In this document: piece after piece, positions 1-8,969 of the stretch
Layout: each line of letters opens with the position of its first letter
Position numbering within the stretch: position 1 is the first letter of the stretch
Assembly (NCBI GenBank): GCA_040767085.1
Contig: JAXGPF010000003.1
Location: 224,001-288,000 of the forward strand
Reading direction: 5' to 3'
Origin: Kiritimatiellia bacterium
GTDB lineage: Bacteria; Verrucomicrobiota; Kiritimatiellia; JAAZAB01
Length of the DNA: 64,000 nt
Notes under the pieces: generated by a model
What the model was told of the DNA's origin: nothing
The model's database searches: none
Seen by the model: only the letters and a program-made list of their open reading frames with translations
Position numbers and translations under genes: made by a program

Positions 1-44
1 CGCCCTTTTTGTTTGGGGTGCACGGCAACGCAGGAGCGTTTGTC

Positions 45-278
45 GTGAACACAAAAAGACCGCATCAAAGACAGAATCAGGCCTTTCTATCAGAAAAGGC
101 GCATCAGGGATTCAACTGGAATCCTCTTCCCAGCAGGACCGGTTGGATAACGGCCTTAATCAGCCCTCTTATCAACAACCGCGCCTGTCCCGCTTCAGAT
201 ACACAACCGCGAATCGCTCACGCCTTGGGTGTCCACGCTTCTATCCTGTTCGTTTTAAAACAGGAGGTGGCGCAATGA
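45..278 (+). CDS. Cro/XRE-like HTH protein (possibly degenerate)
   Basis: AGGAG at 32-36, GTG at 45; C-terminus ISPLINNRACPASDTQPRIAHALGVHASILF fits the XRE pattern; stop overlaps the next ATG (ATGA). Confidence 0.55.
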   Translation: MNTKRPHQRQNQAFLSEKAHQGFNWNPLPSRTGWITALISPLINNRACPASDTQPRIAHALGVHASILFVLKQEVAQ

Positions 279-628
279 AAACTGATCCGCTGACTCTTGA
301 TTATTTCATAGGTCGATACACTTCCGCCCCCTATAGCCGACAACAAGCGGCGCTTGCCGCCTCGATCCGAGTCTTAGATGAAGTCCCGGAAAGCAACACA
401 AATGAGCCGCTTTTAACACTGGCGGAATTAACACAAGCTCTAGGTTTTAAACATTACACAGCTCTGCATAAGCTCAAAATTCAAAGAGCAGGTCAAGCTT
501 GGGCTGGCGGTCGCCTTCGATACCGTCGAAGTGCGGCGGAGGAATATTTGAAATCCCCTGCCTGCATGGAAATCCGGGAAGAACTCAGACGTAAACGCCG
601 GAAACTGGAGAAAGAGCGGTCGTTATGA
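275..628 (+). CDS. Excisionase-like HTH DNA-binding protein
   Basis: AGGAGG RBS, ATG at 275; PLLTLAELTQALG...GRLRYRRSAAEEYL is a Xis-type motif; translationally coupled on both sides. Confidence 0.7.
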   Translation: MKTDPLTLDYFIGRYTSAPYSRQQAALAASIRVLDEVPESNTNEPLLTLAELTQALGFKHYTALHKLKIQRAGQAWAGGRLRYRRSAAEEYLKSPACMEIREELRRKRRKLEKERSL

Positions 629-1566
629 ATGCACTTCAACGACGATTTCAAGACGCGCTGCGCTCCTTGCCTCAACCAGGCGGTAACGGATATCATACGA
701 GTATTCTGGGAGTGGCCAATCTGGGTGCCATGGCCGGTGTGTCTGCGGATGAACTGAAAGCCCTGATCCGTCAGTATACTCCGCCAGGCGGGCGCCGCGT
801 TCCCGATCAGGAAATCCAGGATGCGGTAATGAAAGCTGTGTCTGAATGCGGCCGGTGTGTAAATATTAAATCCTGGAGCCCAAGGACTTCGACTCAAGAC
901 CGGAATGTTGACGCAGAAGGTTTTATGTCAACATGTCTGGCCAATGCGGAGGGGATCGGGGAAGGCGATATTCATGAGGCCTCGCCCGTGAAAATTGAGT
1001 GGCCTCCCGAGAATGACGCGCAGGAGTTGTTGTCATGGCTTTACTATCCCAGAGATATTCTTTTCATTGGCGATAGGTTTGGTACACAGGTCAAATATGC
1101 TTATGAGTGGTTGGCTGATTTCAAGGCTGGGCACACCATCCCTCCACATATCATTCCCAATCCGCTATCAGGCGCATTTGCGATGACCAAGGATGGTCGG
1201 CCCAGTAAAAGGGCGGATGCATGTGTGAAATCCTTCCGGTTTGCCGTGGCCGAGTTTGACCATCTAAGCCGGGAGGACCAGTTGCGTTTCTGGTGGTCAG
1301 TGAATTTGCCGGTATGTGCATTGATTGACAGTGGCGGTAAATCGTTGCATGCCTGGATCAAGATTACAGGTGTAAATTCGACGGATACCTGGACCTGCCT
1401 GGTCGAAGAAAAGCTTTTTAGGCTTTATTTGGTGCCGCTGGGGTGCGATTCAGCCTGCCGCAATGAGGCACGGCTATCTCGTATGCCGGGGCATTTTCGA
1501 TCTGAACGGGGGCGTTTTCAGCGGGTCTTGTATTTGTCTCCAGAAGGCCGGAGGATTGGCAAATGA
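625..1566 (+). CDS. Primase (AEP/RepB'-like catalytic domain with N-terminal helical PriCT-like region)
   Basis: AVAEFD, LIDSGGKSLHAWI and RLSRMPG motifs; directly upstream of a helicase. Confidence 0.75.
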   Translation: MNALQRRFQDALRSLPQPGGNGYHTSILGVANLGAMAGVSADELKALIRQYTPPGGRRVPDQEIQDAVMKAVSECGRCVNIKSWSPRTSTQDRNVDAEGFMSTCLANAEGIGEGDIHEASPVKIEWPPENDAQELLSWLYYPRDILFIGDRFGTQVKYAYEWLADFKAGHTIPPHIIPNPLSGAFAMTKDGRPSKRADACVKSFRFAVAEFDHLSREDQLRFWWSVNLPVCALIDSGGKSLHAWIKITGVNSTDTWTCLVEEKLFRLYLVPLGCDSACRNEARLSRMPGHFRSERGRFQRVLYLSPEGRRIGK

Positions 1567-1673
1567 ATGCTTTGGAGTGCCTGGAGGCCCAAGTTGCGGA
1601 TTTTAAGATAACACAGCTTAATGGTCGATCTTTAGCTGATTACGCTAAGATGGAGGTTGATGCTGGGGCGACG
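1563..1673 (+). pseudogene. 5' fragment (37 codons) of RepA/AAA_25-type helicase interrupted by a transposon
   Basis: ATG overlaps the primase stop; MNALECLE...VDAGAT ends exactly at the transposon's terminal TGA and rejoins 5416 onward in frame. Confidence 0.85.
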
Positions 1674-1859
1674 TGAGCAGGATCGGAGTAATTGATGTTT
1701 TTCCGGGTTGTTTGAGTCACGCTAAGTGATGGACGTGGGCAAGCGTCCATCAGATAAAGTGCTTCTTTTTGCTCCCCTTGATTTTTGAGCATGCGGTAGC
1801 CTGCTGCGTCAGCAGCGGGGGCGCTGCCTCCTTGCAGCGTGCCGTGGGCGATTTCGTTT

Positions 1860-2231
1860 TTATGGCAGCGACGCTTTTAAGACTCGGTCGAGGTCGGCTT
1901 GGATTGGTTGGAGCAGTTCTATATCCATGAATCCGTCTTGCACCTGTTTTTGCGCCTTGACCAGGGCTTCCCGGAAGAATGCCGCGGCGAGCGCCGGGTG
2001 ACCTTTTTTTTCGTAGACCATTCCCAGCCCGTTAAATCCGTCGGGCACATCGGGTTGCGCGAGCATAAGTTTGTTGAAAATTTCCTCGGCGTCGTTAAGC
2101 TTGCCGGCGTCAATCAGATCGAGTCCCTGATTCCACCATTCGATGTCGTCTTCTTCCTCGAGTGGCCGGATTTGCGGGTATTGTTTTCTGATATTTGCGA
2201 TATATTCCGCGATATTTATGGGAGCACGCAT
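1860..2231 (-). CDS. TPR-repeat passenger protein (alternative starts 2237, 2258)
   Basis: WWNQGLDLIDAGKLNDAEEIFNKLMLAQPDVPDGFNGLGMVYEKKGHPALAAAFFREAL is a TPR pair. Confidence 0.75.
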   Translation of the reverse strand: MRAPINIAEYIANIRKQYPQIRPLEEEDDIEWWNQGLDLIDAGKLNDAEEIFNKLMLAQPDVPDGFNGLGMVYEKKGHPALAAAFFREALVKAQKQVQDGFMDIELLQPIQADLDRVLKASLP

Positions 2232-2786
2232 ATGCATAAGGTACTCAACAGCGGTCATTTTATCAAGTATTTAGAGCGATTTGATGGGAAGATTGCGCAG
2301 GCCGCCAAGGCGGAGATGTGCCGGTATTGCGGCGGCAAGCTGCATTGCGGCGATTATGCGCGCAAGCCGCGCGGTGTTGTCGGGTGGGATAAACGCCACA
2401 GTTTTAACTGTGCGCGGTGTCGGCGGCGCAAGACGCCGCCCAGCGTGCGTTTTCTTGGGCGCCGGGTTTATGCGGGCGTGGTGGTGGCGCTGGTGAGCGC
2501 GCTGATGCATGGTCTGAATGCTGGGCGCGCGCAGGTATTGGTTGAAAAACTGGGCATTGACCGGCGAACATTAAAGCGTTGGCTTGCATGGTGGCGCGCG
2601 GTGTTTGTGACGAGCGGGTTTTGGAAGGGCGCTCGGGCGAGTTTTATGCCACAGGTTGAGGCTACCCGGATGCCGTTGAGTTTATTGGAGGCGTTTGGCG
2701 CGGAGCGGCGCCGCGGGATGTTCAAGCTGTTACTTTTTATTGCGCCGATTACCACTGGTTCGTGTGAAATGGCGGTGGTTATGTGA
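2232..2786 (+). CDS. Zn-ribbon/HTH transposon accessory protein (DUF6431-like)
   Basis: CRYCGGKLH...FNCARCRRRKTPPSVRFLGRRVY cysteine pairs and HTH-like KLGIDRRTLKRWLAWW; ATG at 2232 is in frame with track ORF 1899-2786. Confidence 0.75.
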   Translation: MHKVLNSGHFIKYLERFDGKIAQAAKAEMCRYCGGKLHCGDYARKPRGVVGWDKRHSFNCARCRRRKTPPSVRFLGRRVYAGVVVALVSALMHGLNAGRAQVLVEKLGIDRRTLKRWLAWWRAVFVTSGFWKGARASFMPQVEATRMPLSLLEAFGAERRRGMFKLLLFIAPITTGSCEMAVVM

Positions 2787-2922
2787 TGGTTGTTTTTCTC
2801 CCGCAGAGCATGCCGCTGGAGCTTTGCGCGAGGGCGTTATACCTTGGGCGGCATTGCAACGGAATGGTCGGCGGAGCGGAATGGATTTCGCTTGGCGGCG
2901 GGCCAGACGGGAGGGGTGCGCA

Positions 2923-4419
2923 ATGCCAAAACAGGATGCGGATTATAGCGCGGGTGGCGGTGGTTCCGGGGGATGCGCGCGGTGGGCGCATTTTCGTTTC
3001 AGCGTAATTGGCCCATTATTGGCGGCGCCGCCGGGGCGGGGCGATTTGCAGGCGGAGATTGCGCTTCTGGCCGGCAAGCAATGGCGGCATCCGGTGACGG
3101 GGCAATGGGTGCGGTTTGGGTCTTCCACGATTGAGCGGTGGTATTACCGGGCTTTACATGGGGCCAAAGACCCGGTCGGCGTGTTGACGCGCAAGGTGCG
3201 CAACGATCATGGCGCCCATCGCAGTTTGAGCTTTGAGTTGCGCAATGCAATAAGCGTCCAGCACCAACAACACCCGGAGTGGAGTTGCCAACTGCATTAC
3301 GACAACCTGGCGGTGCGCGTGGCGGAGGATTCGCGACTGGGAGCGTTACCGTCTTATGTGTCGGTGCGCCGTTATATGCGTGCCGCGGGGATGTTCAAGC
3401 GCCGCCGTTTGGGCGGGCGCCGGGATACCGCCGGCGCCCGGGCCGCCGAAGCGCGGTTTGCGGCTTTAGAGGTGCGCTCCTACGAAAGCGAGTACGTCAA
3501 TGCGCTATGGCATTTGGACTTTCATCAGGGATCAATCCCGGTCTTGACCAAGCCCGGCGAGTGGTTGCGGCCGCAATTACTTGGAGTGTTGGACGATCAT
3601 TCCCGCATGTGCTGCCACTTGCAGTGGTACCTGGCGGAAACCGCCGAGAACCTGACGCATGGGTTAAGCCAAGCCATGCAAAAATGCGGTCTGCCAAGGG
3701 CGCTGATGACGGACAACGGCGGCGCCATGACGGCCGACGAAACCACGCAAGGACTCGCGCGTTTAGGTGTTTTACACGAGAAGACGCTGCCCTATAGCGC
3801 CTACCAGAACGGCAAACAGGAATCCTTCTGGGGGCAAATAGAAGGGCGGTTGCTGCCCATGCTCGGCGGCTGCCCTGATTTGACGCTGGCACAGCTCAAC
3901 CAGGCGACACAGGCCTGGGTCGAAATGGAATATAACCGCAAGGTGCATTCCGCGACCGCCCGATCGCCGGTTGATCGTTTTGTCAATGTCAAAGACGTGG
4001 GCAGAACTTGCCCATCCGCGGAAGTCTTGCGCCAGGCATTCACCGCCGGATGTTCGCGAACGCAACGCTTTAGTGATGGCACCATTAGCATTGACGGCGT
4101 ACGCTTCGAGGTGCCTTCCCGCTACCGCCATATCAAACGCATCGGCGTGCGATACGCCGCATGGGACTTGTCTTATGTTCATCTGGCCGACGCGCGTAGC
4201 GATCAAATCTTGACGCGGCTATTTCCGCAAGACAAACACAAAAACGCCGACGGCCACCGCCGCCAAAAGGAAACCATAGGCGACCATCCCGATCCAACAT
4301 CGCCGCCGCCGCGGTCAACCGGCATGGCGCCACTGTTGCGCAAATTCATCGCGGATTATGCCGCCACCGGGCTGCCGCCAGCTTATCTGCCAAAGGATGA
4401 ACTCAAAATACAGGAGTAA
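2923..4419 (+). CDS. DDE (rve/Mu-like) transposase, 498 aa
   Basis: GGAGGGG RBS; catalytic WHLDFH, LMTDNGG, GKQESFW; N-terminal HTH; Mu-transposase-like C-terminal DGTISIDGVRFEVP. Confidence 0.92.
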   Translation: MPKQDADYSAGGGGSGGCARWAHFRFSVIGPLLAAPPGRGDLQAEIALLAGKQWRHPVTGQWVRFGSSTIERWYYRALHGAKDPVGVLTRKVRNDHGAHRSLSFELRNAISVQHQQHPEWSCQLHYDNLAVRVAEDSRLGALPSYVSVRRYMRAAGMFKRRRLGGRRDTAGARAAEARFAALEVRSYESEYVNALWHLDFHQGSIPVLTKPGEWLRPQLLGVLDDHSRMCCHLQWYLAETAENLTHGLSQAMQKCGLPRALMTDNGGAMTADETTQGLARLGVLHEKTLPYSAYQNGKQESFWGQIEGRLLPMLGGCPDLTLAQLNQATQAWVEMEYNRKVHSATARSPVDRFVNVKDVGRTCPSAEVLRQAFTAGCSRTQRFSDGTISIDGVRFEVPSRYRHIKRIGVRYAAWDLSYVHLADARSDQILTRLFPQDKHKNADGHRRQKETIGDHPDPTSPPPRSTGMAPLLRKFIADYAATGLPPAYLPKDELKIQE

Positions 4420-4428
4420 TCAAACATC

Positions 4429-5259
4429 ATGAGTAAAAAACTACTTGCGCTATACAGCCTGAAGTACAACCCGTTCTGCCAGGAAGTGCCGACCGCCGCA
4501 CTATTCAGGACGCCGGCCGTCGAACATTTTTGCTGGCGGATTGAAAATCAGGTCGGCGAAGGCGGCTTCGCGTTGGTTACCGGCTCGCCCGGATCCGGCA
4601 AAAGCGTGGCGCTGCGTATTCTGGCCGACCGGCTGCGCGGCATCCCGGATATCACCGTCGGCATCATCACCCGACCACAAGCATCCGTGGCCGACTTCTA
4701 CCGCGAAATGGGCGATCTGTTCGCAACTACGCTGACGCCAAGCAACCGTTGGGGCGGCGCCAAGGCGTTGCGTCAAAAATGGCTGACCCATATTGACGCC
4801 TCGCTCTACCGCCCCGTCCTCCTCATCGATGAAGCCCAACTCATGACGCCGGGAACACTGGGTGAACTGCGCATGCTGGCAAGCGCCGAACTCGACTCGC
4901 GTAGCATCCTCACCGTGGTGCTCGCCGGGGATGAAAGACTGGTTAACAAACTGCGCAGCGACGACCTGTTGCCAATGGCCAGCCGTATCCGCTGCCGGCT
5001 GCCCTGTGACCCCGCCACCCCTCAACAACTACGCGAATGCCTCAACCATCAGCTAAAACAGGCCGGCAACACCAGATTGCTTTCAGACCCCGTAATCGCC
5101 GCGCTTTGCGAACATGCCGCCGGAAATTACCGGTCTTTAATGAACATGGCCAACGACCTCTTGGCCGCCGCATTACAACGTGAACTCGACCAAATTGATG
5201 AAAAACTCTTCTTCGATGTGTTCAATATCCGTGCCATATCAACGCAAAAATCCCAATAA
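4429..5259 (+). CDS. ExeA-family AAA ATPase (transposition helper)
   Basis: YSLKYNPF N-terminus, Walker A GSPGSGKS, Walker B LLIDEAQ. Confidence 0.9.
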   Translation: MSKKLLALYSLKYNPFCQEVPTAALFRTPAVEHFCWRIENQVGEGGFALVTGSPGSGKSVALRILADRLRGIPDITVGIITRPQASVADFYREMGDLFATTLTPSNRWGGAKALRQKWLTHIDASLYRPVLLIDEAQLMTPGTLGELRMLASAELDSRSILTVVLAGDERLVNKLRSDDLLPMASRIRCRLPCDPATPQQLRECLNHQLKQAGNTRLLSDPVIAALCEHAAGNYRSLMNMANDLLAAALQRELDQIDEKLFFDVFNIRAISTQKSQ

Positions 5260-5415
5260 AGCAACAACACTTAAACACGACAAGTAAAGACGGGGCGCCT
5301 ACACGTCACGCCCAATTAAAAAGCGAATAGGCTCTCATTAAACAAGCCAGGCCAAACACATATCCATCAATTATCACGACAAATCATCCATCATTTTTTG
5401 TGATCGCTCTCAACG

Positions 5416-6423
5416 CTGTTGGGGAACCGGTTCCTGTGCCGAGGCGGTGGACTTTTGTTTGTTGGACCTTCCGGCATCGGTAAATCATCCGCGTCCGTGC
5501 AGCAGGATATCCTCTGGGCGCTTGGACGTCCCGCATTCGGGATTCAACCGGCAAGGCCGTTGAAAATCATTACGGTCCAAGCGGAAAATGACGACGGTGA
5601 CTTAGCAGAAATGGCCAGGGGCGTGATGCATGGTTTAGGCTTGAGCGACCATGAGCGTTCCAACGTTCATAAAAACACCTTGTATATTACCGAGCGGTTT
5701 AGAATAGGCGACAAGTTCATTAGTCTGCTTGGCGAGATTTTAGCAAACCGGCCGGTTGATCTTCTCCGCATTGATCCGCTACAATCATTTCTTGGCGGGG
5801 ATGTTTCAATGGTTGATGTCGTGACATCTTTTGTGCAAGCCGGCTTGAACCCTCTTTTGCAACAGTACAACTTTGGGTGCATTATTTGCCACCATACGCC
5901 CAAGACGCATCGCAGGGATACAACGGCGTGGAAGGCTTCGGATTGGCAGTATGCCGGTGCTGGATCGGCTGTTTTGACTAATTGGGCACGTGCGATTATG
6001 GTTGTCGATCCATGCGAGGGCGACCCCGGGTTATTCCGATTCATTGCCGCTAAACGTGGGGGGCGAATTGGCTGGACTGATAAACACGGTGCAGCAGCGA
6101 ACATCAGGCATTTTAAACACGCCCGGGAATCAGGTGTAATATTTTGGGAAGGCGCCACGGATGACGAGATTCAGTCCGGTACGCAAAAAGGTCTGTCAGA
6201 AAATGATATCCTTGCTTTGCTGCCGGAGAGCGAGTCGGTCTCGAAAACCGTTTTTATTTATGATTTGAATCAAAAGCACGGCGTGGGGATAAAGAAGGTA
6301 ACTTCACTCGTCAAGAAAATGCTGGATAAGAAAAAGATATTTCAGTCTTCGAGACCGCGGTCCGGCACGCGACCGGAAATGATGCTTTCCCGTTTTTCTG
6401 TCGGTGATAATGTGCCGGAATAA
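5416..6423 (+). pseudogene. 3' fragment of RepA/AAA_25-type replicative helicase (restored protein 372 aa)
   Basis: Walker A GPSGIGKS, Walker B LLRIDPL, ICHHTPK; lacks its native start. Confidence 0.85.
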
Positions 6424-6464
6424 GATCTGGCTGTCGTCTTTCCGGTACGAGCGGGGAGATAGAT

Positions 6465-6490
6465 ACGCGCCCCCCCTTTAAGGGGCGCGT
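6465..6490. other. GC-rich palindrome just after the helicase (candidate origin element)
   Basis: ACGCGCCCC (6465-6473) / GGGGCGCGT (6482-6490) perfect 9-bp stem. Confidence 0.4.
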
Positions 6491-7078
6491 GCATCCATCT
6501 CGGGTTGTATGCGCTTTTGAACAAAATTCTGTCCGGAGTAAATCCATTTACTATTTTGGCGGGTATGGTGCGCGCGTGCCCCCCCCGCCCCCCATTTTGC
6601 CGGCTGATGGTGTAGCGCACGGCACAAAATTGATAGGTGGCTTTTCCCCGCTTTGAATGAAATTGACTCAGATACAGCGTGAAGCACCTTCGCGTTTTGA
6701 CGCTTGGTTAGATGCACGGCGACGGCGGAGGCACTCCTGGCGCCAGGAGCGGGCGTCTGCCGCCCTCATAGACACGTCAAGGCATTGTGGTCCTGCCGGG
6801 CCTCAAGACGCCTCTAAGATGGCGCTACGTGCCGTACGCCGGCCAACAGTTTCATCGCCACAGTCATCGATCAGTGCATTTGTCAGTATTGCTCAGCTTG
6901 CAACAAGGTCGCATAATCAACCAAGTGTCTAATTCGCCAAAGTCTTAACCATTTTAAATTGAACATGTTGCAGAAGACGTCAGGCCCGCGTAAATTATCA
7001 TCAAAATCGTTGAAATTTTAATGTCTTGAATATCAACTGTTTATCGAATCAGGTGGAGCGCCCTCCCTATTGGCTGCA

Positions 7079-7406
7079 ACCTGAATCCGTGACGGGATTT
7101 TATGTTGTCAAGATAATGTGCGTACAAACAACAATTTATGGCATTTTAAAATATCACCAAAAACACACGGCGCTGTTTGGCGGAAAAGACCGCCCTGCGG
7201 GTGAGGCCATTATGCCGCATCTGCTTTGTTGCGAAGGATTCGCGGTATATTTATACAGCTTCATCCTTCGCGCCTCGCATCTGCGGCATACTGACGTCAT
7301 CACGGATTCAGGTGTAACGCCAGCGGCCGGCGTTAATGCCGGCCGCTCCGGATCACCTGGCGTCGTTTAATACCCAAAGATTTCCGCGGCACCACCATGT
7401 TACACC
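7079..7406. ncRNA. Candidate large structured RNA or ssDNA structure
   Basis: Perfect inverted pairs: 7079-7092/7300-7313 (14 bp), 7211-7219/7282-7290, 7231-7239/7263-7271, 7322-7331/7338-7347, 7311-7318/7399-7406. Confidence 0.45.
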
Positions 7407-7666
7407 CGGCTGGCTCCAGCACTACTGCTGTCTCGCCCCTTTTGTCGCTCGTTTCCCGCCTCCGAACCGATTTGCCGGCATGCAAGCCCCATACTTCGAT
7501 GGCACCCTGCGCAGACACTCACTCTTTTTATCTATATCTACATTTTCACTTTAAGGCGTCTGGATAGCAGGCGCTGTACTGGTGACAGATTCTGATGGTC
7601 TATAAGCTGACAACGCTGAAGTTTCAGGGTGGCTAAAAAAAAGACGCGCGCCGGCGAACAAGGATT

Positions 7667-7981
7667 TTACGCCCTCCGCATCATCCATCTTGCAAGTTCG
7701 CCTTCAGTGATCCGGGCGTGTGCTCCTGCGTAGGGATAGAATGCTTTCAGCGCACCAGTGGAAAGCGCCCTATACAAAATGGTACGCGACAGGCCTGTCC
7801 GCTTGGCCGCTGTAGAGATATTCAAGGCTCGGCCTTCATTTACTTCTTTTGGTGGTTGTCCGCGGCGGATCGCTTCCACGGCGGCAATCTGGGCAGCATC
7901 TTCCGGCAAGGTCAGAATCCATGTTATAAGATTCAGCTTGCGGGTCTCCGGGGTTAATGGATTGATTTCGCTGCTGGTCAT
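7667..7981 (-). CDS. Excisionase-like HTH protein
   Basis: AAGGAG RBS; ALNISTAAKRTGLSRTILYRALSTGALKA...RITEGELARW. Confidence 0.75.
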   Translation of the reverse strand: MTSSEINPLTPETRKLNLITWILTLPEDAAQIAAVEAIRRGQPPKEVNEGRALNISTAAKRTGLSRTILYRALSTGALKAFYPYAGAHARITEGELARWMMRRA

Positions 7982-8056
7982 TGTATGTCTCCTTGTGCAT
8001 TATTTCCCTTCTAGTCGTCTGGCAGGACTTGATCAACCCAATTAGAGAATTAAATA

Positions 8057-8118
8057 TTGACAACACCTAACCATACGGTTTAATTTGCACAAAAAGACGT
8101 TTAAAGTCCTTTTACGCA
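8057..8118 (+). promoter_or_regulatory. abiE promoter with imperfect inverted-repeat operator
   Basis: TTGACA 8057-8062, TTTAAT 8079-8084; IR TGCACAAAAAGAC (8086-8098) / GTCCTTTTACGCA (8106-8118), 10/13 match. Confidence 0.5.
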
Positions 8119-8119
8119 T

Positions 8120-8908
8120 ATGAAACCGGTGGGCATAGTATATACCAGAAGCTTGCTGGCTGCAGGAAAATACACGTTTAGCCGCTCCGAGGCGGCCAAG
8201 GCGCTGAACCGACGCGGCGACCCCTTGAACAAGATTCTTGGGCGATTGAAGCACACCGGCTGGGTATTTCCGATAGGGAGCGATTTCTTTACGGTTGTGG
8301 ACCCTCAGAACAAAAGCCTGGGGCATATCCCGCCGGCATGGTTTATTGATGCATGGGCGCAGTTTAAAGGGATCGAGTATTACGTGGCGGGCTTGAGCGC
8401 CGCGGAACTTCATGGCGCGGCGCATCAACGGCCGCAGGTATTTCAAGTGGTTGTCAACCGCAGTATGCGTTCCTTCCGCTCGCCTTCCCTCTCGGTCCAA
8501 TTACTCTATCGCCAGAAGATAACTTCAGCGATGTGGGAACGTAAGAAAGTGCCCACCGGATATTTTCGCGTAAGCACTCCAGAGTTGACGGCATACGATC
8601 TTCTTTCATTGCGCAAGGCATGTCCGTCGCTTGATCATGCGGCAACGGTTTATGTCGAACTGGGAGAAGCCATGCGCGCCCGGCGGGTGGCAGAGCTATG
8701 CGAGGCCGGGTTTGAAACGCCGGTCCTGCAACGCCTGGGCTGGATGCTTGACCGTGCGGGTTGGAGCAAATTGACGGAGGGCTTGGCGCAAGGACTGAGC
8801 CGGCGCCGCCGCGACTGGGTACATTTGGCCACGCAACTGCCGGCGCATGGCAATCGCAATGCTAAATGGCGGATCATCGAAAATACGGATATCCAACCGG
8901 ATATCTAA
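8120..8908 (+). CDS. Type IV TA AbiEi-family antitoxin
   Basis: YYVAGLSAAELHGAAHQRPQVFQV and RVSTPELTAYDLL motifs, N-terminal wHTH. Confidence 0.88.
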   Translation: MKPVGIVYTRSLLAAGKYTFSRSEAAKALNRRGDPLNKILGRLKHTGWVFPIGSDFFTVVDPQNKSLGHIPPAWFIDAWAQFKGIEYYVAGLSAAELHGAAHQRPQVFQVVVNRSMRSFRSPSLSVQLLYRQKITSAMWERKKVPTGYFRVSTPELTAYDLLSLRKACPSLDHAATVYVELGEAMRARRVAELCEAGFETPVLQRLGWMLDRAGWSKLTEGLAQGLSRRRRDWVHLATQLPAHGNRNAKWRIIENTDIQPDI

Positions 8909-8969
8909 AAATGAGAGTAAATTTCAAAAAACGTTTTGAAAGAATTCAGCAGTCAGGAGTCAGAATTTA

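Larger units (their letters stand above)
1674..5412 (+). mobile_element. 3739-bp DDE transposon with ExeA-type ATPase, Zn-ribbon/HTH gene and TPR passenger
   Basis: Ends TGAGCAGGATC / TGAGAGCGATC (reverse complement, 8/11); ACG duplicated at 1671-1673 and 5413-5415; removal restores the helicase frame; TGATG(GA) motifs repeated in both ends. Confidence 0.9.

Noticed and set aside
1899-2231. N-terminal extension of track ORF 1899-2786
   Set aside because: It is antisense to the TPR gene; recognisable sequence begins at ATG 2232.
2695-2922. Longer transposase start
   Set aside because: It overlaps the upstream gene; the RBS supports ATG 2923.
5419-6423. Independent intact helicase starting at TTG 5419
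   Set aside because: No RBS; it is the in-frame continuation of 1563-1673.
7079-7313. Retron msr-msd or group II intron
   Set aside because: No reverse transcriptase in the window and no domain V motif recognised.
6478-7554. Short ORFs between the helicase and second xis
   Set aside because: No motifs or convincing RBS; the region is better explained by secondary structure.
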